DNA from: a phage | Reading direction: 5' to 3' (one strand) | DNA length: 64,000 nucleotides | Sequence record: PZ171032.1 | Shown here: positions 27,427 to 37,087 of the stretch, piece by piece | Position numbering within the stretch: the stretch's first letter is position 1 | How the letters are laid out: each line of letters begins with the position of its first letter | The notes under the pieces: generated by a model | What the model saw: the letters and a program-made list of their open reading frames with translations, nothing else | Database searches by the model: none | Told to the model about the DNA's origin: nothing | Translations under genes and position numbers: made by a program

Positions 27427-30400
27427 TTAGTCGTGAGACTCGTTCCAAGGTCCCTGGAAGCTTGAGTTAGAACGGCTTACTACAACAGTAGGACAGGATA
27501 TTGCGACCCCTGTTACAGAAGACGTTGACCATGGTGTGTAGATTTCAACAACAATATCTATGGTTTGTTCACCAAGACCTGTTATCCCTACCGCACACAT
27601 GCCGTTGTTGTCGTTTCCGTACTTCTTACCTGCAAGGATTTGATGTCCGGCTATCCAAACGTTGAGCTGGGAGCTGGCAAGAGTACCATTCAGTTTAAAG
27701 AAGAATGTTACGTTCTTACCCTGACCTGAAACGTTATCTACGTATCTCCACCTCCAACGGCAAACCCTTTGCTGGGAGTTATATACTGGAGCACAATCCC
27801 CATAAGTCCTGTGTGCAACAATTGCACCTTCGAACTGGTTAGCGCGGATAACAGAAGCTTCTACACGACCACGGAAGGTACCTCCGGTTGCGTCTATGGT
27901 GCCTCTAAAGCTACCATTATTGGCATAAACATCCCCACGGAAGGTACCACTAGTGGCGTTAACTGCCCCTGTGAAGTTACCAGAACTGGCGTTGATGTTG
28001 CCTTTCACCCACACATCCATAAATTGGGCGTGCCCGTTCTTGTTAATATACCAACCGTATTTATGGTACCCGTTGCCATCGTAGTTGTTTGACGAAATTT
28101 CTTGTGCGATCTTGGCAGAGGAGATCGTGCCATTCTCTATAAAAGCGTCTTTCAAGAATGCTTGGTTGTTCTTGATTGCGAAAGCAAGGGTTGCTGTTCC
28201 ATTGCCTGGGTTGTATACCGCAAAATTGTTTGCACTAACCATGAAGTAGGATTGAACTTGGCCCCCAGACCCTTCCATCCCCAACTGGATACCTGCAACA
28301 TATTTATTCCCTGCGGAGTCTACCTGTATTTTTGTGCCCCACTGAGCATTTACTTTACCCTCTAAGTCGGTTACAGCCTTAGATGTTGTAGCTACTGCAG
28401 CCCTGATCTCGGACACATCCCCAACACCATCAATGATCTCCTGCTTAGCAACGGCAAGTTCTTGACGAATAGCTGACGCTGTGCCGTTAATCAGATCAAC
28501 AGTGGCGTTATTAGTTTCAGAAATATTCGCAGACAAGTCTTTCTTCGTCTGAGTCAGCTTATTGTCCAACCCAGTAATATTATTGGTGTTGGTTGTAATC
28601 TGCCCTTTAGCAGTGGTTAACTGCTCAGTCAAAGCTGCCGTTTTCTGATTCAACAGGTCAGTTGTGGCCTTGTTGGTGGTAGAAATCAACGTATTAAGAT
28701 CAGACTTGGCGGTGTTTATCTTACCATCAAGCGTGGTGTAGTTTTTGGACACTGTGGCGTTGGTCTGGCTAATCTTCTGGTCAAGAGTCTCAGAAGTTCT
28801 GTTCAGCAAGTCCACAGTGGCCTGGTTAGTGCTCAGAATGCTCGCATCCAACTCAGATCTTTGAGTATTCAACTTGCCCTCTAGGCTCTTATCACCAGCC
28901 AGATAGCCTTTTTCAACATCTCCGATCTGCTCAGTCAACTCGCCCTGTGCAGCAACCAGTTTTTCATCCAACGCCTCTGTTTTCTTATTAAGAAGATCAG
29001 TGGTGGATTTGTTGGTTGACTCAATCAAGGATGATAGTTTAGCACTCTCATTCTGCAGGTTGTTGGTCAACTCACCTTTCGTTGCTGTCAGCTTGCTGTC
29101 TAAAGCCTCGGTTTTCCGATTAAGGAGATCTGTAGTCGTTTTATTGGTTGATACAATCAGAGAGTTCAGCTCAGAGCTTTCCTGTGCTAAAGCATCTTCC
29201 AATTCACCCCTTGTTGAAACAATCTTCTCGTCCAAAGCTTCAGTTTTCTGATTTAACAGATCGGTTGTAGCTTTGTTAGTGGTCTGGATTAGAGAAGTCA
29301 ACTTGCCACTTTCTTTAGAAAGATCATTTGCAAACTTATTCTGAGTGGCTACCAGTTTCTGGTCTAGAGTGGTAAGCGTTCCATTAACGTCCTGGAAGTT
29401 GTCGTGGGTTTCTTGGATGAATATTCCAACCCTATCCCCCAACTGAGCATACAGCTTGTCTACTCTAGAGAACTCACCTTCCATGTGGTCAAAAGCCTCG
29501 TCAACTCTACCATCCATGTACCTGTTAAGTTCTGTGACACGATTTTCAACCTCTTCAATAGAGGAATCCAAAGTGCTCATCAACTCTTTATAAGTTTCTG
29601 TCTTTTTGAATTCAGCATCTATCTGAGGCATCAAATCCTCGATAGAGGTGTAGCAGCGTGCAGCGCATTCTACAAACTGAGAGCTACCAAAAGCGTTTGT
29701 GGTTCTAATATACCAATAATAAACCTTATCGTTCTGCAGGCCTTCAGATGTCCAAGTTGAACCAACACCCATACGGGTGGCGTTTGAAGTAACGGTTGCA
29801 TCACTGGTGTCGGGCAACCTTGTCATACCAGATGTCCAAAAGTCATACTGGGTGCTTACACTTGCTAAATCCCTGCTGTGTGGAATCAAGGTGATAGCAA
29901 AGTATCCCTGCTTAACCTCTACAGAAACAGGAGCTTCAGGTGCCTGAATGTTAAACTCGCAGTACGCTTCTGGAGATACACCACCTTTATAAGATGTTGC
30001 AACCACGGTTGCTGTGTATGATCCTTTGGTCAAGCCTTCTACTCGGACAAACTGCTCAACTGTCTGTGCTGTCCAAACAATCTCTCCGTTCTTTCTTACC
30101 TGTACAATATTTTGAGCGTAAGTTCCAACGTTGTCCCAAGCCAAAACACCGTGAGTTACTTCTCCGGCTTGGAGAACGGAATATCTGAAGTTTTGCGGTT
30201 GAGCTACACCAGATGGAGATATCGGAATATCTACATTGCCAGAATCCGGAAGTTGCCCTGTGGCATCATTCCACTCTTTAGCATCTTGACGAAGTTTTAC
30301 CTTGACACCACCCTTTTTGGTAAACTCCCATTCAAGAACCCTCATTTCTTGGCCCACTATACCAATACTTGGAAGGTTCATTGTAACGTAACGACCAGGT

Positions 30401-31572
30401 TTAAATTTAAAACCTCGCATATTGCAGGTGACTTCAATAATCCTGCCAGCTCTAGCGCGTCTTAAGAAGATTGCAGAAACACGCTGAGCTTGATAAGGAC
30501 TGGTAACAAAGCGATAGTCTATATCGATTATCTTTCTTTCTCCATCCTTCTCTATCCACTCTGGGACAAACACTGATGGAAAATCTGTTTCAGAATACCC
30601 TTTGGTCGGACTAGTGAATCTGCCAGTTATTGTGTTGGATCTTTTGTCAAATGAGGCTTCCGGATAGATCTTGACCTCACCACAGACACAATCCTCACTC
30701 AGCGTCATTGTTGCCGGGCCATAGTATGCACCAACCAGCAAACCATACTTACCAGCTACATAGCTGAGATCTGCGCCACAAGCTTTCAGCATTTCTGCCA
30801 TAATGCTTGCCGGAGCCTCGTCCATGTCAAACTCGCCATTAATGGTGTATCGGCGCTCACTGGTTCCGTCTGCGTTTTTTACCGCCTCGTCGCATATGTT
30901 AGCAGCCTCCTTGAAGGACTCCCAGTTGATGGTTTCGTCAGGACATTTAAGGTACGTTCTTAAATAGTCTAGAATCACCAAGGACGCGTTATTGGTATAC
31001 ACCTCTTTACTGATGCGAGGATCATAGCATTTTTTACCAACCTTGACGAGTGTAACGTTTGGCAACCCAAAAGGAAACTTGTTAGGGTCGAACTTGAAGC
31101 TGGCACGTAGCCAACTGATCCCTCTACCTATCATGTCTGGTGACCACGATGGGCAGTGTGTCCCCATGAAAGGATCAGCCGTTTTTCTGTCGTTATGTAA
31201 CTCCCACGATACCAAATCTCCATACGAGGAAATAGGATTACCATCGACAAGTATATCTTCTATACCTTCCAGAGGGTGATTGGCAAGAACAATAGCACAA
31301 TGGAGGGTTTTGTCTCTATCCTGCTCCAAAAACGCAAGCAATCCAGATGTGCGTGTCTTTCCATACACTACAGAGCAAGGTGCAGCAGAAGATCTGAGAA
31401 GCTTTTGTCTATCTTGCTGACTTCTGTAAGATTTGTTGCCCTCAAAAATCTTATCCAGAGTTCTGGTGGTAACAGTGTTCAGGCTGTCAGCCAGAGCTGC
31501 CTTGGATGCGTTCCAGTCATAACTTGAAGATCTTGCAGAAGCAACGATGTTATCAATCATTGCAATTGGCAT
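27427..31572 (-). CDS. lambda J-like host specificity / central tail fibre protein with coiled-coil repeat insertion
   Basis: 1381 aa; segments GYFAITLIPH, YYWYIRTTNAFGSSQFVE and WGTKIQVDSAGNKYVAGIQLGMEG match recalled lambda J motifs ([52 protein letters not shown]); about 330 aa of ~41-aa tandem repeats inserted. Confidence 0.75.
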   Translation of the reverse strand: MPIAMIDNIVASARSSSYDWNASKAALADSLNTVTTRTLDKIFEGNKSYRSQQDRQKLLRSSAAPCSVVYGKTRTSGLLAFLEQDRDKTLHCAIVLANHPLEGIEDILVDGNPISSYGDLVSWELHNDRKTADPFMGTHCPSWSPDMIGRGISWLRASFKFDPNKFPFGLPNVTLVKVGKKCYDPRISKEVYTNNASLVILDYLRTYLKCPDETINWESFKEAANICDEAVKNADGTSERRYTINGEFDMDEAPASIMAEMLKACGADLSYVAGKYGLLVGAYYGPATMTLSEDCVCGEVKIYPEASFDKRSNTITGRFTSPTKGYSETDFPSVFVPEWIEKDGERKIIDIDYRFVTSPYQAQRVSAIFLRRARAGRIIEVTCNMRGFKFKPGRYVTMNLPSIGIVGQEMRVLEWEFTKKGGVKVKLRQDAKEWNDATGQLPDSGNVDIPISPSGVAQPQNFRYSVLQAGEVTHGVLAWDNVGTYAQNIVQVRKNGEIVWTAQTVEQFVRVEGLTKGSYTATVVATSYKGGVSPEAYCEFNIQAPEAPVSVEVKQGYFAITLIPHSRDLASVSTQYDFWTSGMTRLPDTSDATVTSNATRMGVGSTWTSEGLQNDKVYYWYIRTTNAFGSSQFVECAARCYTSIEDLMPQIDAEFKKTETYKELMSTLDSSIEEVENRVTELNRYMDGRVDEAFDHMEGEFSRVDKLYAQLGDRVGIFIQETHDNFQDVNGTLTTLDQKLVATQNKFANDLSKESGKLTSLIQTTNKATTDLLNQKTEALDEKIVSTRGELEDALAQESSELNSLIVSTNKTTTDLLNRKTEALDSKLTATKGELTNNLQNESAKLSSLIESTNKSTTDLLNKKTEALDEKLVAAQGELTEQIGDVEKGYLAGDKSLEGKLNTQRSELDASILSTNQATVDLLNRTSETLDQKISQTNATVSKNYTTLDGKINTAKSDLNTLISTTNKATTDLLNQKTAALTEQLTTAKGQITTNTNNITGLDNKLTQTKKDLSANISETNNATVDLINGTASAIRQELAVAKQEIIDGVGDVSEIRAAVATTSKAVTDLEGKVNAQWGTKIQVDSAGNKYVAGIQLGMEGSGGQVQSYFMVSANNFAVYNPGNGTATLAFAIKNNQAFLKDAFIENGTISSAKIAQEISSNNYDGNGYHKYGWYINKNGHAQFMDVWVKGNINASSGNFTGAVNATSGTFRGDVYANNGSFRGTIDATGGTFRGRVEASVIRANQFEGAIVAHRTYGDCAPVYNSQQRVCRWRWRYVDNVSGQGKNVTFFFKLNGTLASSQLNVWIAGHQILAGKKYGNDNNGMCAVGITGLGEQTIDIVVEIYTPWSTSSVTGVAISCPTVVVSRSNSSFQGPWNESHD
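28450..29480 (-). repeat. in-frame tandem ~123-nt (41-aa) coiled-coil repeats inside J-like gene (7-8 units, approximate bounds)
   Basis: Protein repeats of the form LxSLIxSTNKxTTDLLNxKTEALDxKLxxAxGEL between about aa 700 and 1040. Confidence 0.6.
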
Positions 31573-32009
31573 TAATACCTCCAGACATCAACAACGATAG
31601 AATCTTTCATATCGAACATAAAGACCCCTTTATCACCTTTCGCCCAAATCTGGTTGTTCCAGAACACACCAGCGGTGAGCCCGTTCAGACCCTCGAAGAT
31701 AACAATATCGCCACGCTGAACCTGTTTAGGAGTATCTAGTCGAGTCATAAAGAGATCAAAAATAGTAGGCAGGTGTGTGGTTTTGAAACGGAGCATGCAC
31801 CATCTTTTGCTTTCCAACTCTGTTTTATACGTTCCTTCGAAGTTAGAAAGAAAATCTGTTCCGTATTGGGCATCAACACACTTAGCTGCAAAGGTGCAGC
31901 AATCGTGGAATCCCCATTCAAAAGGTATGGTGGCCTCTTCGTCAAACACTTTCCACAATCTTTCTTGCCAATCCACTAAACGAGGGTGTGTGCTCATTAA
32001 ACCTCCCAA
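31572..32009 (-). CDS. tail tip assembly protein, possible NlpC/P60-like (lambda K C-terminal-like)
   Basis: 145 aa; GFHDCCTF candidate catalytic Cys motif; immediately upstream of and coupled to J-like gene. Confidence 0.4.
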   Translation of the reverse strand: MGGLMSTHPRLVDWQERLWKVFDEEATIPFEWGFHDCCTFAAKCVDAQYGTDFLSNFEGTYKTELESKRWCMLRFKTTHLPTIFDLFMTRLDTPKQVQRGDIVIFEGLNGLTAGVFWNNQIWAKGDKGVFMFDMKDSIVVDVWRY

Positions 32010-32563
32010 ATGATCGGGCGGCTCGCCACCTGATCCACATATTTAAAAAATCTGTCATTATCGTTTCTTGAGCTGTGGCTTTCCTCCGTGTACCGATAAG
32101 GAAAACCTCTTAACCAGCTGTTGAAGATGGAAGAGATGGATATGGACAAAGCACTATTCTCACCTGTCTGAATAGCCATATCTGTTATAAGTCCGTCAAA
32201 CAAGCCATTAGTTGTAACAGGTAGACCATTCTCCATAGCGGTAATGTACAACGTGGCACGACAACCAGAATACTCCGTCTTCAGCAGATCACCCACATAC
32301 TTAGGATCAAACCCGTTTAATGTTGCTACCACAGATCCGAAGTTGGTGGCATCTTTCTCAGACACAGCAGTTAATGTTGCTGATCCCCCTATCCCTATAA
32401 AATGTTGCCCCTCAATTACTACAACACCAGTGCCTGAGCACACTCTGACAGTTCCTGTCGGTAGCTCCAGCTTTGCAGCAATTAAGATCTCAACACCATC
32501 AAGCTCCAGCTTTTCAAGAAATAAATTATCTAATGGCGCTCTGATCATCTTAGAAATCCTCAA
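31997..32563 (-). CDS. minor tail protein (tail tip complex, putative)
   Basis: 188 aa; overlaps neighbours by a few codons, consistent with coupled tail-tip operon. Confidence 0.4.
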   Translation of the reverse strand: MRISKMIRAPLDNLFLEKLELDGVEILIAAKLELPTGTVRVCSGTGVVVIEGQHFIGIGGSATLTAVSEKDATNFGSVVATLNGFDPKYVGDLLKTEYSGCRATLYITAMENGLPVTTNGLFDGLITDMAIQTGENSALSISISSIFNSWLRGFPYRYTEESHSSRNDNDRFFKYVDQVASRPIIWEV

Positions 32564-33140
32564 AGAAGTTGATAACTATATTATCACCTTTTTGCATAGC
32601 ATCGACTTTTTGCTTAATTTTATAAATATCTCTGATATGAAACCTACCCTTCGGGGATTGAGTTATTATCTTCATAGTGTCCCCTGCGGCAATAGGTTTT
32701 CTAAGTCTTGGAGATATGCTTATAACAGCAGACCCAACACCATCGCTACGCACTGGAGCTGTTACCACTTTCAATTCATCATTGACAGATATTTTATCCC
32801 CAGCTCTGGCTATGTCTCTGTTTGGCTCCCACCCAACCGTCTTCAAAAAATCGTCGTTACCAGTAGGCCCAAGGGCGATTGGCTCATTAGCTGTTACCGA
32901 GTGACCGTAAGTTTTAATAAGAAAGATGTTCCCATCTTTATACACCTGATCAACAAAGCTCTTAAGCTCTAGCAACTGTGACTCGCTGATATTGGAAACC
33001 GTCAAAGTGCCTTTCCAGTTGGGTGTGGCATAGGTTACTTTTTGCGTTTTACCTGTAAACGGACTTTTAAACGTAACAATATCTGCCAGCAGCTCCAATC
33101 TAATATCTGGAAGGTATCTAGGCCTTTCCCATAAAAACAT
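32550..33140 (-). CDS. minor tail protein (lambda L-like position, putative)
   Basis: 196 aa; third gene upstream of J-like gene. Confidence 0.4.
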   Translation of the reverse strand: MFLWERPRYLPDIRLELLADIVTFKSPFTGKTQKVTYATPNWKGTLTVSNISESQLLELKSFVDQVYKDGNIFLIKTYGHSVTANEPIALGPTGNDDFLKTVGWEPNRDIARAGDKISVNDELKVVTAPVRSDGVGSAVISISPRLRKPIAAGDTMKIITQSPKGRFHIRDIYKIKQKVDAMQKGDNIVINFFEDF

Positions 33141-33212
33141 TGTGCCTCCAGGTTAAACAATCATGATAATTATTTTACCAGATTTTGAGTTAATACGCAA
33201 TACAAACAAAAA

Positions 33213-33232
33213 GCCCCCGCCGAAGCGAGGGC
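33213..33232 (-). terminator. terminator hairpin (GCCCCCGC-CGAA-GCGAGGGC, one mismatch) + U-run
   Basis: Third copy of the CGAA-loop GC hairpin, directly downstream of 1270-aa fibre gene stop. Confidence 0.5.
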
Positions 33233-33239
33233 AAAACAG

Positions 33240-36200
33240 TTACTTCAGTTTCTCTTGCAACCCAGCAACAACCTCTGTCAATTTTTTAACCTGCTCCTCA
33301 AGGGCAGTTATTTTATCGTCCTGTTCCCTGCAAACCTGGACAAGCAAGCCTGTTACAGCTGCGTAATCCACGCTGTAGAATCTTTCCTCTGTTATTAAAG
33401 GAGTTCCATCCTGATCAGGGTTTGGGATTTCCTTGCTTTGCACGAAAGAGCTAACTGCTTCCGGCAGCGCTTCAAGCACTTCTTGTGCTATAACACCTGC
33501 ATAAGGCATACCATTCTCTTTTAAAGTGTAGGTATAGCCCTTCATCTTCCTGATAGCTTCTAACGCGTTAGGAATAACCTCTATGTTATCCTTCAGGTCG
33601 CGGTCAGAGTTTTGGTTCACAGATACACAGTTCACTGCACCGTTTACAGAAAGGTATCTTGATTTATCTGGCAAGGTACCACAATGCCATACCCAATTTG
33701 ATTGAGAATCGTCAAGAACCTTAAACTCCAACACGTTTGGACGATTTCCTGTACTGCCGTTGCCCCAATAGTGCATATGAGCGCTATTCGCAGGCATGTT
33801 GCCACCGTTATTAGTAACATGGCTTCCAGAAATATATACCTTTAACTCTGAGGTCGGTATTTCCCCTTCGGGAGTTGTTCCTCCATATCTGAAGCTAACA
33901 CCATTGCCACCTGTTTGGGTCCACGGGCCCCAAGTGAAGGTTTGTCTCACCATATTACCATAACGTATAAATCTATCGCCGTGATAGGTAATATACTCTT
34001 GAACACACCCATTACCGTTATTGGCGTTATTCTGCAACACAATAAGTGTTCCAGCTTCATTTACCGGATAATGACGATCATATGTTGCATCATTATTTGC
34101 CGATTGATGGTAAATGCCTTCCCACAACCCATTATAGGTGTCAAGGTCTGAGGTACCGAGACCCTGACCCCTGTGCTGCATAGCTTTATTCCAGGGGTGG
34201 TGATTACCGCCTTCTATAGACCTGGTGTATAAGTTACTTTGTCTGCCAGCAATCTGGAAAGCGTAGTTTCCCGAGAATCCTACAGATAAACCTCCTACAA
34301 CCATGGTGTCTTGTGGACCGTTAACATTACCAGCCATTATTTTTGACGGGTTATTAGGCCCGAACTGGTTGTTCCAGTCTCCACCAGTATGACATACAAA
34401 ACCACCTGGGGCTGAAAAAGTACCATCCTTATTGAAGTTGTAGAATCTATGAGCTGTGCCCACAACATCTCGAACAATAACTTGACCAGCCTCTGGAGTA
34501 GACCTGAACTCTGCTTGACCTTTAAGGCCAGCACCATTACCGCATTTAGAGGTAAACGTGCCGTTAGTTAGATCCTCTGTTCCATCTGATGCACACTGGA
34601 ATCCTGCGTTAGAGAATAGCGCCTTTCTAGGACCACTGTAGCACAAATAGTCAAAACCGTCAGCCCATAGCTCTACTTTAGGCATGTTCATTTTGCTCAT
34701 TATCGCATAGCGTTCAGCAGTGCCTATATAGTGCCACTGTGTGCCGCCGCCAGTGTAGAACCCTGAAGTCCCTTTGAAGTCAACAATAGGTCTAGTGTTG
34801 GTATTGTTATCTCCAAGAACAGCCAGATTTAAATCTGCTGACTGGAGAGGTGCAACGAACTTAACACCGTCCTGATTGTTTGTTACAGAGCCGACTTGAT
34901 AATCTTGCTCTCTGGTAAACACTTCGACAACATTTCTACTTGCGTATATGCTGACAGGGAAAGCACGAGCCTCTGCATAGAAAGCAACATACTCTTGTTT
35001 ACCCCTTGTTGGAGCAACCATCCCAAGAAGTGCTTTTTCATTTTGATAGAAATTCACTACCCCGTAGAAAGAGTCCCCTCTATCTGTCCAACCACCAGTT
35101 CTATAGTGACACTGTAAGGTGGCGCAGTTCATAGGGTCACCGCCGGATGACGATCTGGTGACTAGGGTAATATCAGTGCCAGTTGCTGGAGCATAATACG
35201 GATCTGTTCTAACGATGATTGGGTAGTATTTCCCATCTTCCATCCCTGCAGTTCTTGGCAGTGTTAAGAAATCTTTGACACCCGCAGCTATAGGAACTTT
35301 GAACAGATTCTGAGCATCTGCCAGGGTTGTAGCCCCTGTACCACCTGCTGCATGAGGTAAAGGTTCCCACTTAGCCTTCCGGTTGTTATAAACACCCCAC
35401 TCCAGACTTCCGTTACCGGATTCGTCCATCCCACCATCCCAGATAACCATCTTGGCGGCTTTCTTGGACCCCCAGAAGCCTCTTTCTGCTCCTGAACTAC
35501 GGATCCACTCTCCAAGTCCCCAGTTTGTCAGCTGACCAGTAAGATCCCCAACCTGCATGTATTTAGGGCAGTCTAATACACCGTCTTCGCGGAAACCTAG
35601 ATATCTATGAGTTTCAGATCCTTTTGCACCTTTGTGCAGGTGGATTGTCAACCAAGCTTTATTGTCGTTTCTTACCTCAGAGTAGATCCTATATCCATGC
35701 TCAAGGACACCGTCAGCGCTATATTTGTCCCCGTTAACAATACCGGATGCTGACTTAACATCAGCAGAACTTTGAGACAGGTAAAGGTGCCCGAAGGTAG
35801 GGGAGTTTCTAGACCCGAGACCGATGTGCGATCTAAAGGTATCATCGTTACGAGGTCTGACCATCGGCTGCCATGAAGTCCACTGGTTTGTGTTGGCCTG
35901 ATAGGTTCTCAAATACCAAACATCTACGTTAGAGAATGGATAGTATTCCTGACGACAGCCTGTACCGCCGTTAGCATTGTTCTGCCAAACAATCAAGTGA
36001 CCAGCACCAGAACCTGCAGGGTAACCATTTGCCTCGGTTGCATAAGCAGTCATCGGCTGATAGTATACACCATCCTGATTACCAGTCAAGTTATTGATAT
36101 TGAAATTTGGCTCAAGGGCTGCACGTTGCTTATAGAAAGCCCCTAAGTTAATGCGTGCACCTGCGGCATCTCTGGCCCCAGTACCGCCTTGCTCTATAGC

Positions 36201-37052
36201 AAGAGGTTGCCACGAAGCTGTTTGTTGGTTCCACATGCCCCAACGGCCTGTTGCATCAAGCTGCAAGTACCCTGCTGTGTTTAAATCATCTCCAGCACGG
36301 ATAACTGTTCTTGTTGGGTTGTTTGCCTCTAGGCGTTTAAATTCATCACGAAGTGCTATTCTTTTTGTTGTTGCTACACCGTTGGTTACTGCAATGGTAT
36401 ACATGGCTCCGGTGGTAGCGCCACGGAAAATACCATCAACAGTTGTAGTATCACGACGAGATACCACACCATTCAGAAATTTTTCACCAGCTGCTACAGA
36501 AGGGTAGTTGGTAGTTCTTCCCTCTTCAATAACTGCAGGACCAACAAAGTTATCAAGGTGAATAACATCACCTACAGTGTGCACTGTACCAAAATCTACA
36601 CGCTGTGCAAGTGCTTTAGCATCGTTAGCTGTCTGAACAGTAACATCCATTACATCCTGGACAGACTGCCCTTCGGCTGTCATAATCATAGATGCACCAA
36701 TGGTAGATTCCAGCTCCTCCCTTAGGGACGGGTCAGTATATACCATCCATGCAGCGTCAGTAATCCCACCATCTGAGTACGGTGAAGACAATGCAGGAAC
36801 AGTGTGTGGAAATTCGCCTTTCCAACGCAGGTAGAGGTCTTCCTCTTCGAAGTAGGCAAAATCCATTGGGCCGTTTAACTTACCACCTTCCTTAAAGGAG
36901 ATTACATGAGAAACAGTCCCATCAACATGGACAACATCGCCAATTTTTACACGACGGGTCAGGTCTGGTTGTTGAACAACCAGGTAATCATCCTCTGTCA
37001 CTGCGGTAGTGGCAGGAAGAGATTCAATTCTGACAACTTTAATATCAGCCAT
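33240..37052 (-). CDS. long tail fibre protein (1270 aa)
   Basis: N-terminal ~100 aa homologous to N-terminus of gene 39687..40355 (DDYLVVQQPDLTRRVKIGDVV vs DDFLVVNQTDGTRKAKIDDVV); Gly/Asn/Thr/Tyr-rich; C-terminal coiled-coil KITALEEQVKKLTEVVAGLQEKLK. Confidence 0.6.
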   Translation of the reverse strand: MADIKVVRIESLPATTAVTEDDYLVVQQPDLTRRVKIGDVVHVDGTVSHVISFKEGGKLNGPMDFAYFEEEDLYLRWKGEFPHTVPALSSPYSDGGITDAAWMVYTDPSLREELESTIGASMIMTAEGQSVQDVMDVTVQTANDAKALAQRVDFGTVHTVGDVIHLDNFVGPAVIEEGRTTNYPSVAAGEKFLNGVVSRRDTTTVDGIFRGATTGAMYTIAVTNGVATTKRIALRDEFKRLEANNPTRTVIRAGDDLNTAGYLQLDATGRWGMWNQQTASWQPLAIEQGGTGARDAAGARINLGAFYKQRAALEPNFNINNLTGNQDGVYYQPMTAYATEANGYPAGSGAGHLIVWQNNANGGTGCRQEYYPFSNVDVWYLRTYQANTNQWTSWQPMVRPRNDDTFRSHIGLGSRNSPTFGHLYLSQSSADVKSASGIVNGDKYSADGVLEHGYRIYSEVRNDNKAWLTIHLHKGAKGSETHRYLGFREDGVLDCPKYMQVGDLTGQLTNWGLGEWIRSSGAERGFWGSKKAAKMVIWDGGMDESGNGSLEWGVYNNRKAKWEPLPHAAGGTGATTLADAQNLFKVPIAAGVKDFLTLPRTAGMEDGKYYPIIVRTDPYYAPATGTDITLVTRSSSGGDPMNCATLQCHYRTGGWTDRGDSFYGVVNFYQNEKALLGMVAPTRGKQEYVAFYAEARAFPVSIYASRNVVEVFTREQDYQVGSVTNNQDGVKFVAPLQSADLNLAVLGDNNTNTRPIVDFKGTSGFYTGGGTQWHYIGTAERYAIMSKMNMPKVELWADGFDYLCYSGPRKALFSNAGFQCASDGTEDLTNGTFTSKCGNGAGLKGQAEFRSTPEAGQVIVRDVVGTAHRFYNFNKDGTFSAPGGFVCHTGGDWNNQFGPNNPSKIMAGNVNGPQDTMVVGGLSVGFSGNYAFQIAGRQSNLYTRSIEGGNHHPWNKAMQHRGQGLGTSDLDTYNGLWEGIYHQSANNDATYDRHYPVNEAGTLIVLQNNANNGNGCVQEYITYHGDRFIRYGNMVRQTFTWGPWTQTGGNGVSFRYGGTTPEGEIPTSELKVYISGSHVTNNGGNMPANSAHMHYWGNGSTGNRPNVLEFKVLDDSQSNWVWHCGTLPDKSRYLSVNGAVNCVSVNQNSDRDLKDNIEVIPNALEAIRKMKGYTYTLKENGMPYAGVIAQEVLEALPEAVSSFVQSKEIPNPDQDGTPLITEERFYSVDYAAVTGLLVQVCREQDDKITALEEQVKKLTEVVAGLQEKLK

Positions 37053-37087
37053 TCTTTCTCCTGAAAGGGGGCAAACAGCCCCCTATG

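Noticed and set aside
27427-31572. Diversity-generating retroelement acting on a fibre gene
   Set aside because: No reverse transcriptase ORF and no template/variable repeat pair with adenine-specific mismatches; the repeats in the J-like gene are in-frame coiled-coil units.
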